A stretch of DNA of 64,000 nt from Laetmonice hystrix. Its lineage: Eukaryota. The stretch is taken from NCBI GenBank assembly GCA_965235115.1, contig OZ249436.1, positions 15,936,001 through 16,000,000 on the forward strand, read 5' to 3'. Below, in pieces: positions 49,478-64,000 of the stretch. The first letter of the stretch is position 1. Every line of letters starts with the position of its first letter. The position numbers were made by a program, and so were the translations under genes. The notes beneath the pieces were generated by a model, which was not told the DNA's origin, made no database searches, and worked only from the letters and a program-made list of their open reading frames with translations.

Positions 49478-52400
49478 AATGTTGCGAACGGATAAGGGCT
49501 AACTTGTCAAGAAAATAATCATGTGGACATTTCCGGTGATCGTCAAGGTCAGAGTGACAGTATTCAAGGGCTAACATGACGAGAAAGGTTGCTATGACCC
49601 TTTGATATAGCTTGAGGTTGAAGTATGATTTCGAGATAAGGCGTAAACAATGCCTGCAGTGCTAAGACACCGGCGAATTTGTTTTTATCAATTAAACTCT
49701 ATTTTATGTGCGACAGATACAATACGTAGCATATCGAGTAGGCATACCTTGACCCCGCCGCACTGTGCAGGCCATGGCCAGAGGAATTCGTGGTACCAGC
49801 TCTAGTCTATCCCTGTATGTCATTATGAGGGTAATATACAATGTAGGTTACGGGGTTATAGAGGTAGATCTTGAAAGGTCCATGACGACCCGAGTTGATC
49901 ATTTGGTATACATCTGCTCGATCGAGTTATCTTTTCATGCTAACTTATCTCGTAATCATCATAGAGTGTAGGAATATAAAAAGATCATCGGCTCAATCCG
50001 TTTCAACTAAACTATAACACCAATAAAATAATTTGTATTTTATCTCATATTATCTGGTTCCGTATCATACACTAACCACTCAACCAGCGCGTCAGCCGTC
50101 AGACTCCTGTACACAATAGCTCGATGGAAACTTCTCCAACAAATAGCATGTACGTCTACTTGAAGACGGAGACGTTACACCAGCAGCAGGCACAGTCATG
50201 ACATAGAACCTAGCGGCTGGCTAATCGCAAATGGAATGACGCGACATTTGGCTGCCACGTTCGTTCTTTGCTGGTTTCCCTCACCAAGAAATAGATATAA
50301 CTGTATCCACGCTGGCGACGACTGGCATCAACTGGGCAATGTGGATGTTGTAGAGTATCCTACCTACTGACATGGCGCTGTGGCTAACACTGCGCCATCC
50401 GCTATGTGTCTAGTCCGGTTTTCTATGTAGCTAAGTAAACAATGGTAAACTGCATGGACAAACATTTGAACGAGGCGGGAAAATATCCACGGTCGTCGAA
50501 CTTCTCCGATGAAATGGAAACGTTTCATGCAATTTGGATGAACATTTAGTCACATGTACATGTTAGTCTTTACCGTGAGAATACTGTTGGTTGTGGTTTG
50601 GACAATCTATGAGACCTGGAAATAAACTTGAACTGGGTCAAGATAATGAATAACGTTACCACAGATAGATTTCGCCCCCCCCCCCCTCCTACAGTTTGAA
50701 ATATTTCTGAACAAACAAATGTTGGTGGGGACGTTATAAACTATCAAATACTGGTGGACATCAGCATTTTCATCTTCTTCACGTCCAGCAACACCGCTTC
50801 ATTGTCATGACACGTTGCCGTGACTGTAATCAAACCATTCCAGATGGCAGATGTGTTGTTGGATGTGAAGGTTAACTTGTAATGACCCGGTCGTTTCAGC
50901 CTCTAACACTCGATCAGGAGATGACCCAGTTTCAAATGGTTTTCTTGCCATTTTTGTGTGTCTCGCGTGTCTACAAAAGATCTACTAATTCATACAAAAT
51001 TGACCTCGTGGCCATAAGCTACGTGTTTCTTTTCTCTATATTCTGAAATTTACTCTCGAAATACAATTTTTATGTTCTGCCTATGTAATGTTGCCTTACG
51101 ATGTTGCTTTTGGTATCTTTAGGATACCCATTTCCGATTTTCATATCTCTTGAGTTCCGACAATATTCCACATTATCTATAAAACAAAAACGTTTTGTGC
51201 GAGGAATCCAATCAAATTGAAACGCGACCTTTATCATTTTTGTTGTTTTTTTTTTCAACTGTAAAATAGACTTAGCCACAACACCTTTGAAATCTAAAAT
51301 AGGGACCCAATACTACTGTCAAGCGTTTCCCTAATCGGTGGTCTTTTTTAAACAGTTGGGCACTGCCTACATTTGTTAAAACCATTAACACATGAAAATA
51401 TCAAATATCACAAATTGTAAGGATTAATGCCTGACAATAGAAGTTTTTCTCCCGTTTCCTTCCCACAATAACATGCCAAAAATAGAGTTTGAGGCTGACA
51501 GTGTATTTCCATTTCCACAAAACAAAGATAAAGTCTAACTATAGGAATATTAGATCTCAGAAAATATGGCACACATTGAGCAATTTCTTCCCTTTTTTCG
51601 CAACGTGATTTGCCCCCTCCAAAGTTTACCAAACTCGGCTGCAGATAAAGGTGATTATAGTATCTGGGTGTCGCACGCACTGATTGTGACACTGAATGTA
51701 ATTATCTTCGACAGTGACTCTGGAACAAGGTAGAGACAATACCCGGCCATCCACTACACCACTACAACTGGCACATGGAAATGAATTTACACTTCACACG
51801 CGCCACTACATTCAGAGAAGAAAAATAGAAATAAATTGTGGGTATATAATCTAGTAACATACGTGTCTATACCGTTGGCGCTCTATCAAACCCTAAACAG
51901 ATCCCTGACATATCACTTCGGACATACACAGACGGGTACTGTCTTTATGTTTATATGATGGAAACTACTCACTAAATTGACACGCCCTCATTTCAGACAC
52001 AAGAGCTACAAATCAGTCACACAACGACAAAGACATATCTGATATTTTGTCCTTCAAGTTTATGTCATATCTCTCCCTCCTGGGCTGAAATATTTGACTC
52101 TCTATCAGCTCTAACCAATCTTACTATGACCTACAACTGAGGTAGTCAACACTTCACAGATTTACACACTGGGAACTTCCAAGGACCATATATACCATGG
52201 GTTCACTTCGGGCTTACAACAACCTACTTCCTTTACAAAGGCACATGGGAAACCCTGTTTAGAACACATCCCCACATGAATCCCAACCTGTGTAGAAACA
52301 GAAAGAGGATTTTGCTGGTTAGACCTCTCTTGAAATATCCGGCTACCTGGTTACCCAGCCAGAGACACTAGTACAAGTCCTTGTGTGGAATAGCACGGCC

Positions 52401-52930
52401 ACAACCATGAAATGGTGGTCACAGTCAATAACACCTCGGTGGAACTTCTCCTGCCAAAAATATGACCTCACATGAAATTACTACCGGTACTGGACATGTG
52501 TCTCACAGACCTTGAACTGTCTAGTACCAGTGTCAAACACCACAGACATTCACTCACACATGCTAGTGTTTGTCCAATTCTTGCTGCCATTTAAGTGGGT
52601 CCGTTTTACACACTTCTGGACATAGAAGACACAACAGCGCCGGGGCATGAGGACGTAAGCAAAGACATACTCTGGCTTGAACTGACGCAGTCCATCCAGG
52701 TATACGATGTCATTAATACTTAATGTGTACATCTTACACAAAGATATAAACAAGAACACATACTACAACAATGGACCACTTTAACTGACAGATTCTTCAC
52801 TGCCCAACGTCAACCAAATCTGGTAAGTGTTACCACTCTCTGTGGTGGACAATTTTGGTCATGATCCTCCAGTCCCTGACCATGCTTCTCTCTCCTCGGT
52901 TCCTTGCACTGTGAGCGACTGGTGGCAACC

Positions 52931-55900
52931 TCAACTGGTTGCTGTCCATACCACAGCGGGCACCTTACTGAGCGGCGGCCTCAGGCCTGACGACAACACA
53001 GGCACAACCTTAAATACAGCCTTCCGTACGCCTTCCCCCAGCGACTGCTTCGCTACGCGGAAAATGTTTATGTGTGAATGTCCAATCATCTTAAAGCTGG
53101 TAGTTTTCTCTAAGGATTCTGAATGATACACGATAAAGTGGTCAGCCATGTTGGCAGGAAAGGTCCATCGAAGGTTAAGTGAGATTACAAGTGTAGAAAC
53201 ACCATCAATATCTTCTTCATGGATGATTTGGTCCTCTTCAACGATGCGGAGGTTGGTTACGAGTGGCACATCCAATAATGTGTCACTGTCCATTATCTGT
53301 TGAAACGGGGGTGAAACCAGGGTGAAACATTGTACCAAATGAGCTGTCACTACAAGTCTCTATATTGCAATGATCAAAACATCAACTTTGATCAAATATT
53401 ACATTTTCACCTATTTATAACTAATTCTGAATCAACGACAGAAACAATGTATGTTTGACAAACAGACTAAAGGGGCAAAAATAACCATTTATATTGCAGT
53501 TAAGGGGTAATACATATATTCTGCATTCAAGGGGGTGATTAACCTTGTATATGGAGGCCAATACTTAAGAAGATAGGTCCCAGTGCAGATAATGGGTGTA
53601 CAGCTAGGTGTGGACCTAAACAAGTTGGTATTTTTTACATTGAACTAAATGGGCAACCCCTTAGTGAATGAAGCTCTATATTGGGGATAGACTCACCTGT
53701 AACTTTCCCAGGAGCACCATGCTGCTGATACTGTCTGACCCTTCTGAAGGGTGAGGGAGAAACATTCCCATCTTGATCTGGGACAGCTGGAATCCTTCAA
53801 AGTCATCGGTGACAAAGTGCCTGGGGTAAGAGGTCAAAAACACATGTAATCACTAACAATAAAGTCAAACCACTGCACATTTCACTTCATAACTACTCGT
53901 AAGATACTGAACTGGAAATGGTTTGAATTGTAAATATGGAGACAAGGCTCTCACAGGTTAAAATTCTCTGATTGAATATTTTTTGAAAGTTTTCTTCTGT
54001 CTCTGTATCATTGGCCTCACCTAGTCTCCCAACCATTGTTTTGCATCTGGAACTCAAAGTTTTTGAGATTCTTTTTGACGTCTTCCTTTGACAATGGTCG
54101 GCACTCAATAACACTTGCTTCCTCTTTCCTTCGCTTGGCCTGTGTCTTTCCTTCACTGTCATGATGCTCGTCATTCCAACTAATATGTTCCGTTTCTAAC
54201 AGCTTTGTTGGCACTCCATTTCTCCCAGCAAGTATCAACCTTCGTGTCTTTGTTCCTTTACGTCCAACGAGGTCCAAGAACACGTTTGCCTCAGTCTTGC
54301 AGATTGGCTTGTGAGTGTAGGTGATGTAGAGTGACTTCCTGACACGTGTGTTTGCATCAAACAACCTGCAAGTCAACAAGTTGATACCTGACATTTATAT
54401 AACTGTCACAGACGACTTGTCCCAATTGCTGCGGAAATATTGTGAAGAATACTTCTTTCTTTGGCCTGCTATCAAAATTTGATTTTTAAAATCTACTTTC
54501 ATACTAAGGGTTTATTTCACAATGTGGCGTTATCTTGGTGTGTCTTTAACACGATTGGGATTTTTAGGTAAGACAGAATAGCACTGTTGTGAAAGGAACT
54601 CCTGGAGTTAAGAACAATTACCTGTATATTGGCATGGGGGAATCCTCAGTCAGGGTGGCTGACAATCTGAGGCAGCCACCGCCATGAAAAGCTTCCTTTG
54701 TGTAATAGTCTATGGACTGAGATGGTACTGTTGCTGCATCACCGTTGGTTTCCTCACCGTCTGTCTTGAACTGAATGTTTGTATGTGTCGGGTGTACACT
54801 CTGAAGGGCCAGATTGGTCCAGGATCCGGGGCGTACAATCTGTAAACACCATTGTGATGTTGACACAGACAATAAGTTATACTCGTAATTGTATCAGAAT
54901 TTCTACTTCAAAACAAGAAAGAAGGCACTCAACATATTTTAGACATTACCAAGACTGGCTCTGATGTTTCATGAAAATAGATCGAAAAGGTCTGTCCTGA
55001 AAAACAATATATTGATAGATGAAAGAGGTAAACTTCAGATACTCTTTATAAATTAAAAGAGCTAGTCCAAATGTACTGTTATAGCTAAAAGTATCAATTC
55101 ACAGAAAACTTGCAAACCTGTCCATCACTGTAGAAGTTAATGCCTTGGCCATGACAAAATGTTGTACAGAAAGGGAGGGTAACTGAACTGTGGGGTGTGC
55201 ATAGATCATGCAGAAGACTCCAGAATCTGCAATTTTAAGTGTGATTAAGTTTAGCTACTCGTAAAAATCTGGCTTTCTTTTCAACTACCGGTAATATACT
55301 TCTAGGTCAGAATAAGCTTTGAATTTGTGCCTTTCTGATCAATAAATGTAAGGCATTTCTTACCGTAGGGCATTTCTTACTGTCACAATTGTAACTTTTT
55401 TATTCTTTTGAATATGTCTACATCCAGCTTTCACACTGACTAGCATCTCTGGACACAACTTCATTCTCCAGTTAAATCTTTTAGTTTCCTTCCATTTAGA
55501 AGAATACTCACTTGTTTTCATTTTGTGTGAAATTATCCTTTCCCTGCTTTTCATACACCCAACCTTGTGCAAACAGTGCCACTGAAAGGTTGTAGTCCCT
55601 CACAACTTCAACTGCCTGAAAAATATTTACATGTACTTGCAAGATTAATTATTTTGCTGATGAAATTTTGAAAATAGATGGAAGTTGGATTTGAGGCAAA
55701 GGATACACTTGAAGTTAGTTAGACTGCTGGCGCCGCCTGTCGGTACAAGTTCTCCATCACCTACATAGTCAGTGCTGCCACCTGGTACACATGGTTTCAC
55801 TTTTAGCATGCACACATCTCTGATTTTTTTTTCTCAAATTACACAAGATTACTTTAGCATGGAGAATAGACTGGTGGTGCCGCCTGTCGGTATAAGTTCT

Positions 55901-58900
55901 CCATCACCTACAGTCAGTGCTGCCACCTGGTGCACACGGGTTCACTTTTAGCATGCACACATCTAACAGTAACTTTAAGTGTATCCTTTGCCTCAAATCC
56001 AACTTCCATTTATTTCCAATTCCACACTGGCCTTTTTTTATACCACCTCAAACGAAAAAATTTCTAGGAAGCGTCTAGTGAACAGAAAAACTGAAAAACT
56101 ACAACAATTCATCATCTACCATACCTCTTTGGTATTGTAGCCACCACCACCTCGACATCCACGGCCAAATACATCAACCCCAACATAGGCGTCGTAGAGG
56201 CAGCCACGGGCCGAGGCACAGTCAGCTGTACGCTGCAGATGATCATCATTCCAGGTGTAGTTCAGGAAGATGGTGTCACAGGCATCAAAGAAACCACTGT
56301 CAACAGAAAAAAGACACTTAAACGTTTTTATAGGTTTTAATAATAGTGTCATGTCATTTGTAAACCAATAAATAACCCCCACTCGGTTACAAATAGTAGG
56401 CTTTTCCATATTCACCGTTCCTCACTGATACTTTGGGTAATTTTGGAAATGTTCAAAAGAGGGACTGGCAGTTTGTAATAACTTTTTCAATGCAGATGAT
56501 GATGATGGCGTCTCTCACCTGTTAAGGTCATTCAGTTCATTCTGCCACTTGAGTTCTCCGGAGGAAATGACGCTGTCATACCAGACTACCTGCGAGTTGG
56601 GGATTAGGAGATGCATGCGCTCTGTCAGCCGTCGTACAAAGTCTACCAAATTGTACACCTTTTCAGGCTGCAAAGAGATTGATGAAAGAATTATTCACAA
56701 TTCACTCAGTAAGGCAGTAAGTCCAAGAAAAAGTAAACTATCATCTGACAGCGCTTGCTGACCTCTGAAATGTCCCCTACATATACTTCATAATTAAAGA
56801 TTATCACAATAAAAGCAAGAAACTGTAAGTACAATTATTTTGCTATTTCTAATAATACAGCTTTCTATCATTCCTTGTCTTACATAATAGGCAGAAATGC
56901 TCGCCAGTACAGAAACTAAACTTAAAATAAAATCTTTGAGCGATATCCTACCTCAATTTTGTTCTCTATATTGACAAGCCAGCCATCAAACTTGTAGTAG
57001 GCAGCTATGCTGACAAGTTTTTCTGCCAGCCCCAAGTAGGTTTCTTCTGTCTGAAGAAACCTTTCACATCTTTCTCTGCCGTCTTCCCACTCAGTAATGA
57101 TGGTACCTACATCAACACAAGCATGGTTAACCTTCCTACTGGCGGGATCACCCTCATTTTCTTTCAGTGCCCCCCCCCCCCCACCTCGCACTTTACCAAA
57201 GCATACAACAAGAAAAGGATATCTAGTTTTGATGACAAGACCCCACGAAGTCACAGCCCTCAACTGGGAAGGGACTAATTATCTGTGGGTATAGGAACTA
57301 ATATACTATGCATACAGTGTATTTCTGAGATACAGTCCATATCATTTGATAACAACTTTGATACATGATTCACAAAGAAACTTCATAATATGTCTTCATC
57401 CATTATTCGTAATGAGTAGTTATCTTTAAGTGTTTTCTAGATATGGAATAGGTTGCCTGACCTTGATTGACTGACAATATGCATACCTTGTTTGACCATT
57501 ATACCATTATATTCACAGAAAATGGCACCAAGTTCACAACTGACTTCTTACTTGTAGTTATGTCATAATAATTATATTATATTAAACTGTTTTTTGGAGA
57601 CGAATACAGGCCACTAAAAAAATACAAGACCTGACGACCCATTCACAAATGCAGCCATTGACCTTTGAATGTGCAGCAAAAGGAGTACAAGACCCATTGC
57701 ACTTTATCTTCTAACGAGAATCGTTGCTAGTTGTCCCCAATCCCAATACAGGGACACTGGCTTGTAAATTTTTAAAATATTAATGTCCAGTGCTAACGTT
57801 TTGGGTCAGCCATGGGCCTTCACCAGGGCTTTATCTTTAAAGCACAGACTGAGCAGTGCACAAACTTCAAAATGTTTTGTGCTTCAACAAGTATCTCGTA
57901 GTCCTAGGGCAAGTTTTTGAACTGAGATTTATGTTCACTGAACAAATCGAAAGAGGTCTCACCAAGAACTGGAACTCCGTGTTTGTGAGCTGCATTAGTC
58001 CAGCTGGGTGGTGGGATGGTGATGAAGTTGTGTGAAAAGTAGACAAACATGTCTACATATTGCCAGTGATAAAACCTGTATGCATCTCCACTGCTGCAGC
58101 CCTGGATGAACCTAGGTAGAACAGATATCACGTTTTCAAATAAGATGTAATTGACAAAAAATATTACATGTTTTCAAGACAGTTGAAGCAGTCCCATTTT
58201 AAAAGGTACCCTGCAGTGTGACAATAGCCAGTCTCTGTGCTGCTCATTTTTCAACTGATTTCGATAAAAGTCAAACATTGTATCTCTATCTATACAGTAA
58301 TTGCATTTTAAATTAAATTAAAGGTCTGGCATGAGTAACTTAATGAATCAATATTTTTGAGGTACAATGTACATCTAAATATTATCAGTCACCATTCAGA
58401 AGATATAATTAATAATTAATCATATATATATACACAAAGGTCAAAATCAAAGCCTCTACTACCTTAACCAAAACTGGCATAAACATTACCCTTTTCCCAT
58501 TTAAGATACTCGTAATCAATAATTTATACCAGTCAGGCTGTTGTAAGCTTGCACTGAACTACCCCGAGGTATGGCTCCATGTTAACAACATGTATACTAA
58601 GTCACGTCCACTGATAAGAGTGATAGCTTAGTGGACAAGAGTAAACATGAACATAGAGAGCAGCATATTCTGGAGACAATGAAACAATAATCCTCCTGAA
58701 AACTTATATTAAGAAAATAAATTACATTTCTACACACACAAACACAATCACACAATGCTGTATGCAAAGAAATTATATGTGCAGTCAATCACATGACACA
58801 CTATGACGTCAGCCTGAATTTTTCTAAATATTCTGTTTGGCTTTTACTCAAATATTCCACTGCCCACACAAATGATCACTGTTGGGGACAGTTTGCAGAA

Positions 58901-59136
58901 TCTCTCTGTGTATGCGACCATGAAGCAGTTTGACGATACCTACCTGTCATCCAGGTATCCTCCATCCATATCATGACAGACCAGAGTCCGGGGTCGACCT
59001 CCAACTGACTCGACTCTTGTTGCCAGTGGTACTGTGGCCACACAGAACTCATCACATCCACTTCTCCACGCTTCAACTTCTTCCAGTGTTTTAAGTGGCC
59101 TCGATATTGGCTCTTGACTTTCTGCATCATAGCGAT
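52931..59136 (-). CDS. ENGASE: Cytosolic endo-beta-N-acetylglucosaminidase (GH85); start-codon exon not located
   Basis: Exons 58944-59136, 57963-58111, 56952-57106, 56519-56667, 56125-56296, 55512-55615, 55118-55226, 54622-54839, 54021-54365, 53697-53820, 52931-53296; phases consistent. Motifs LVCHDMDGGYLDD, FVYFSH, AHKHGVPVLGT, FDGWLVNIEN (catalytic N-x-E), WYDSV, FLNYTW, YVGVDVFGRG. Confidence 0.93.
55672..56015. mobile_element. Inverted-repeat element with internal direct duplication in an ENGase intron
   Basis: atggaagttggatttgaggcaaaggatacactt ... aagtgtatcctttgcctcaaatccaacttccat, with an ~100-bp internal segment present twice. Confidence 0.75.
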
Positions 59137-62100
59137 CTGGAACACATTGACCCGAACTTTCATGATGAGATAATTATCAAGGAAAACGTAACAGTCCTTT
59201 GTGACAGGCAGCACAATTCCCACCTGCATTAAAAAACATGACGCCCCTGCCTGAGTTTAAATGGTACAGAAACTTAACTGTACACTAGTAGATGACAAGA
59301 TCTCGACAAGATAGAGCTGACCACCAATTTACCATAATAAATTAAACTTCTGCTAGAGTCCAGGCTTTGTCATCAGTTTCTTTTGTATGCATCTGCCTAG
59401 CCTCACACTGGTCCTTTTTATCTGGTCCAGAATATCTGTCTTTTTAAATACAGCAAAACCACACTCCACCATGGCGAGGGAGTGGATAGAAAGGAAACAG
59501 GAACTGCAGTAGGTGTTGTACCAGTTGGACATCAAAGTCCTTCTTCCTGTGCACCGACAATTTGACATTGACGCTTAGACCACAGAGCTCTATACCAGGG
59601 GGCCAATAAAACGATAACCGCCAGTTGTGTCTCTCGGTAAATATACACTGAAAGTGCAGCAAACCGGTTCTGGTTCAGTCTGGGCAAAACGTCTGAAAGC
59701 ACAAATGGGACACTGGGCTCTAGTACTTGCCTTTCTGTAGGAAAACTAATTTCCTATTCCAGGAAATCAACAACTGTACTCATTACCCATACCTCCTGGT
59801 GACTAGGCTCTGGTCACTTCTGAGGTCAACCAAGTACGGTACATATCATCAATCCACTTCCTTTGAGTTACTCCTTATTTAATAAATTAATTTCTCTAAC
59901 TATGAAAGACACTTAAAAACAGTTAATTTTACTACAAATACCTGGGTACATGTACCATCAATAGATTTACACAAGTTACCAGGTGCAGTTTATCTACTTG
60001 TTAAAATTAATGGCAAAAACTATGCATTTTTTTAAACGTACATGTATTTGAGGCATATCTTTATAAAAATACTAGGGCCACGTTGCACTAAGAGATTGCA
60101 GCTTGCAATCGGCTCATAACTATCTAGGCACCTCCATAATTTCCTTCCAAGTTATATTATATCCACGCCTAACGGGAGAGTGTAACTTTACAACAATTTA
60201 TTTGTGATCTAACTGTCCTACTGGTCTTTTCCACTAGATTTCCATTTTAAACTGATCCTTTTCTTGCCGTCACAACTTACTGAGTGAATAATCTAATATT
60301 GAAGACTCATATTTAGTGCCCCTGACTAAGCTTCAGAAATTAGGCCACAGCTGTTCGACCTCATATCTGGTCGATTCTTCATCAACAATTAACTTAACAA
60401 GCAGACTTATTTTAACTTAATTACCAAATTATTATAAAATTATATTGGCGAGGTCAGCTGGAGAGGTTCCATGTTAGCAATTGAGGTTTAATTGGAGAAA
60501 ACATTACTGAACAAATTGCAACAAACTTATTGGCTCCAATCTTACCATTCTAGGCCACTGTGTATTATTATATACTGTATATTATCCTGTATAGCAGGAT
60601 AATCTAAATAAGACTTCACAGACTTAGGAAAAACTTAAACATAACATGCATTCAAAAATGCTGGAGAAATTGATGAAATTCATTTAGCGCGACCTAAAAC
60701 CATTCAAACCAGGTTTAAATGCCAATAATAAAATTTAGATTTAGATAGATAAAACACTATTTGGGACAGATAGACAGGCAGAAAGAATGGCCAACTGGCA
60801 ATACAGATATCATCTAGGTTGATATAACAATACTGATATAGGTCTTTCAATTATCCAAGAATTGGACACTGGTTGACAAACACATGGACAAAATGTGATG
60901 CCTCTGCAGGTCAACCAGGACGAAGTCTGACGCAGACTGGCGACAGACCCAGGCTGCGAGGGCCAAGGGAAAGTGGATGTTTTATTTACACTGCACAGGA
61001 TATTGCCCTGACTGAGTTCCTGTTTCCTGGAATTGGCTGTAAATGGCGTTTGGACGGGTCCTTTGGTCAGACCACTCCTCCTACTTCAGCACACATCTGT
61101 GGCTGACCATAAAGTCGCCAATGCAAGTAGCTGTAAAACGTCCCCCACCTCTCCTTTGCCACCCTAAGCCACTGCGAAGAACACACAGCTGGACTAGAGC
61201 CATGCAAACACAATGGAAAACGTACTTTTTCATTCAAATGACTGAAATGAGGTGTTATAAGAAACCTCTGATCTGATCAGTCATTAAACCAAACACAACC
61301 ACTGCACATTTAAAACAACGATCCCGGGGTGCATTTCTCATCTATCGTTATCCTGTCGTGCGTTAAAATCCCAATTGATGCATTGTAGTTAATGATACGA
61401 CAAGCTAACAACACGATGAGAAACACCCCCCAGTTGTGTCATGTTAAAAATGTCATGGAGCCTCAGTCTTTTTTGCTGAAAACTGCTGAAAATTCCAAGG
61501 ATTTGTACTTAAATTAAAACTAAATCCCCCTAAAATCCCAAATCCTCAAAAGATACCCTTCAGGAGGTATTATTGAGCTCGTAATAATGACATTGGTGTC
61601 AACTCTACTCTCACTCATTTATTGGGTCTACTGAGTCTGATAACAAAGCCTTTAATAAGGTTAGTCATTGCACTCATTGGTTCCTTCCAATATTAAAATA
61701 TTTGTGGCAATCTTTTGTTCAGAAAATAAAATATATGTATGAAAAATAACATTTGTCACATAATTAAGAGGAAAGTATAGTGACAGTCTGTCAACGTCAA
61801 TGCATAATCTTGTTATTAAGTCTATGTTGGGTCAGAGCACTGGCCATCAGGCTATCGTCTTTGGTCTGTTGGATGAGCCCTACCATTCTATCAACTTGCC
61901 CCGGGCGTCAGGCGATCTGAATTGGCCATCCCTGGATCACGTTACCAGCATCGTCAAGACAAATTTCAAGCTGTTGTGGCCAACTCTTTTCAAGCCATTG
62001 CCCTCTGAAACTTTTGTTCAGAAAATATAATCTGTCAAAGTCTCTGCTGCCATCATGTCACCTGCAGTGGTAGCTCAAACTCTTTTCCATCCATTACCCT

Positions 62101-64000
62101 TCTGAATCATTTTTATTGGCAAGGTCATTACTAACGTATAACAAAAATTACAAAAGAAATATAACATCAGAAATGAAAATCGATTTACAGTACACTTACT
62201 AGTAGGTCCATGTAACCTTACCTAAAGAAGAACGTACCGGTAATCAAAACTTCATTTATGGGTTGATTCCCTCATTTAATTTAGGGGAAAAAAACTTCTA
62301 TGCATTATTTTTACGGTTAGATTTACGTCTGCCAAATGTTATAGTATAGGAGCTCAAGGGTTTAAATCAGGCACGATTTCTAACTTTTATGATGCCTGAA
62401 CTTTTAGAACAGGAACCTGTTATTTTAAAAGGTTCCGCTTTAAAGTATGGCAACTAACAGTAACACAGTTCTGGTGGTGAACTCAAACTAGGGCATCCTG
62501 GTTCATCACATAACCTGAATATAATAAATGTGAATGTAAGCCACCATGGACCGAACACTATTCCTGCTACACAACTGAATTTCAAGTCTCAATATCAGTG
62601 TACATGTAACAATGATCAACAGGAAGAACTATTTTAAGGAACTCACACTTGACTTAGTTATATTGTAGCGTGGGTTATTGTTGACACAAGATAAATACTA
62701 ATGATAAAAGATAACTAGTGCCACATTGGCCTTGCGTCAGAAGACTACTGTAGCAGTGGTTGAGTGTTCCTCCCAGACACACACCCCATCCAGTCTCTGG
62801 CACGGTGGCTCTGCATAGCAATTTTGTTGTCCTCGCCCTAATGACTGGCTTTGAAAGATGTCTCGTTCAAAAAATCAGACTGCACAAACTCAAGAACACC
62901 ATGTAAAGTTTTGAATGGAAAATGTGCAAAAATGTGAAAATAACTCAAACTATAGTATCAAACTTTCCAGGCCACAGACTATGGGTATTCATTTTTACAC
63001 TTAAAAGTACTTGTCTCCTTAATTAATATACCAAATAAATGAACAGCAGTACCAATTACCCCGAAACTTTAGGAGAACATGGCCACAATAGTAGAACACC
63101 TGAAAATGTTGAGAAAATTGTTGCCAGGATTGCAACATTTATCTGGTCATTCTTTTGTTTTGAGTATGAATACTATTTACTTATTTTCATTACCAAAATT
63201 CAATGGAGCACTATTCATTTCAGTATGTATTTAGGAATCTGACAAATACATGTACACCAGTTCCGTACATGTTTACACAAACAGACGGGATGCCTAAAAG
63301 TACTTGATCTACAGTCTACTTAATAACTCATCAAATATTCAAATTTTCTTTGTCCAGAGTTTTTCTAGCAATACACACAGTCCTTAAAGGCATAAGAGGC
63401 TATAATTTGAGGGTGTTCTAGGTATTTTTCGAAGAGTAAAATGTAATATTTTAAAGATTTTCCTAGGAAAGTTTCTGTGACGAAGAGCAGGGGAGAGGTG
63501 CAAAAAGCATGAAGTCCTGAGGAGATGGCATGGTTGGGTGGTAATGCATTAGGCTTTTACTGATACACATCATGTATACATAGGAAAGAATCTGAAATAA
63601 GCAAAGGAGGGCTGCACATGAATGATGCAGATGACAAGCATAAGGAAAGCACTGACACTAGGAAACAAAACAAATCAAGTACATTATGCAAAGGCAGGCC
63701 TTACTTGTTCAGGTATATAAGCACGCATGCACCAGAAAGTGCCTAAAATCCTTCAAAGTGTGGAACAACATGAAAACATCAAAGCTCAAAATAATATTTC
63801 GAAGGGGGTTCGTTCAAGACCTGTATTCTCTCTCGATGCTGGGGGGGGGATGGAGCAATTTTGCTATTCATTGTTCTTGAGCAAAAGATCCCTGTGCACA
63901 CAACATCACTGACAGGGTCGGACTTAACATTTTTGAAAGAAGGGTGGGGATTCAAGAGGGAAAAGTGGCAAAATGGGTGCCCAAACTGGTCAAATCAGAA

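Noticed and set aside
59350..62060. Candidate ENGase first exon or other coding patches (59360-59640, 60880-61150, 61830-62060)
   Set aside because: Could not find an ATG-containing exon with a convincing phase-1 donor or recognisable homology.

Overview
Eukaryotic (invertebrate-animal-like, intron-rich) genomic DNA; I cannot identify the species from sequence alone. Positions ~1-35,000 hold a minus-strand tandem array of mitochondrial ALDH2-type aldehyde dehydrogenase genes: copy A (5' half, runs off the left edge), two complete 14-exon 520-aa copies B and C that form a recent segmental duplication (offset ~16 kb), and an orphan exon-7 relic. Next come degenerate BEL/Pao and non-LTR retroelement remnants, an 11-exon plus-strand gamma-glutamyltransferase (YwrD-like, 560 aa, no membrane anchor) and a convergent minus-strand GH85 ENGase (11 coding exons found, first exon not located). 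Many MITE-like elements are interspersed. All exon models were built by hand and checked for splice phase. The most notable signals are: (i) B-versus-C amino-acid changes concentrated in substrate-channel residues; (ii) a Glu195->Gln change at the NAD/NADP determinant in copy A; (iii) a 20 x 41-bp palindromic minisatellite built from the exon-1 splice donor of copy A; (iv) three GC-AG introns sharing the donor AG|gcgagt; (v) a mosaic divergence pattern among paralogs suggesting gene conversion. Together these suggest a functionally diversifying ALDH array, but that is inference.
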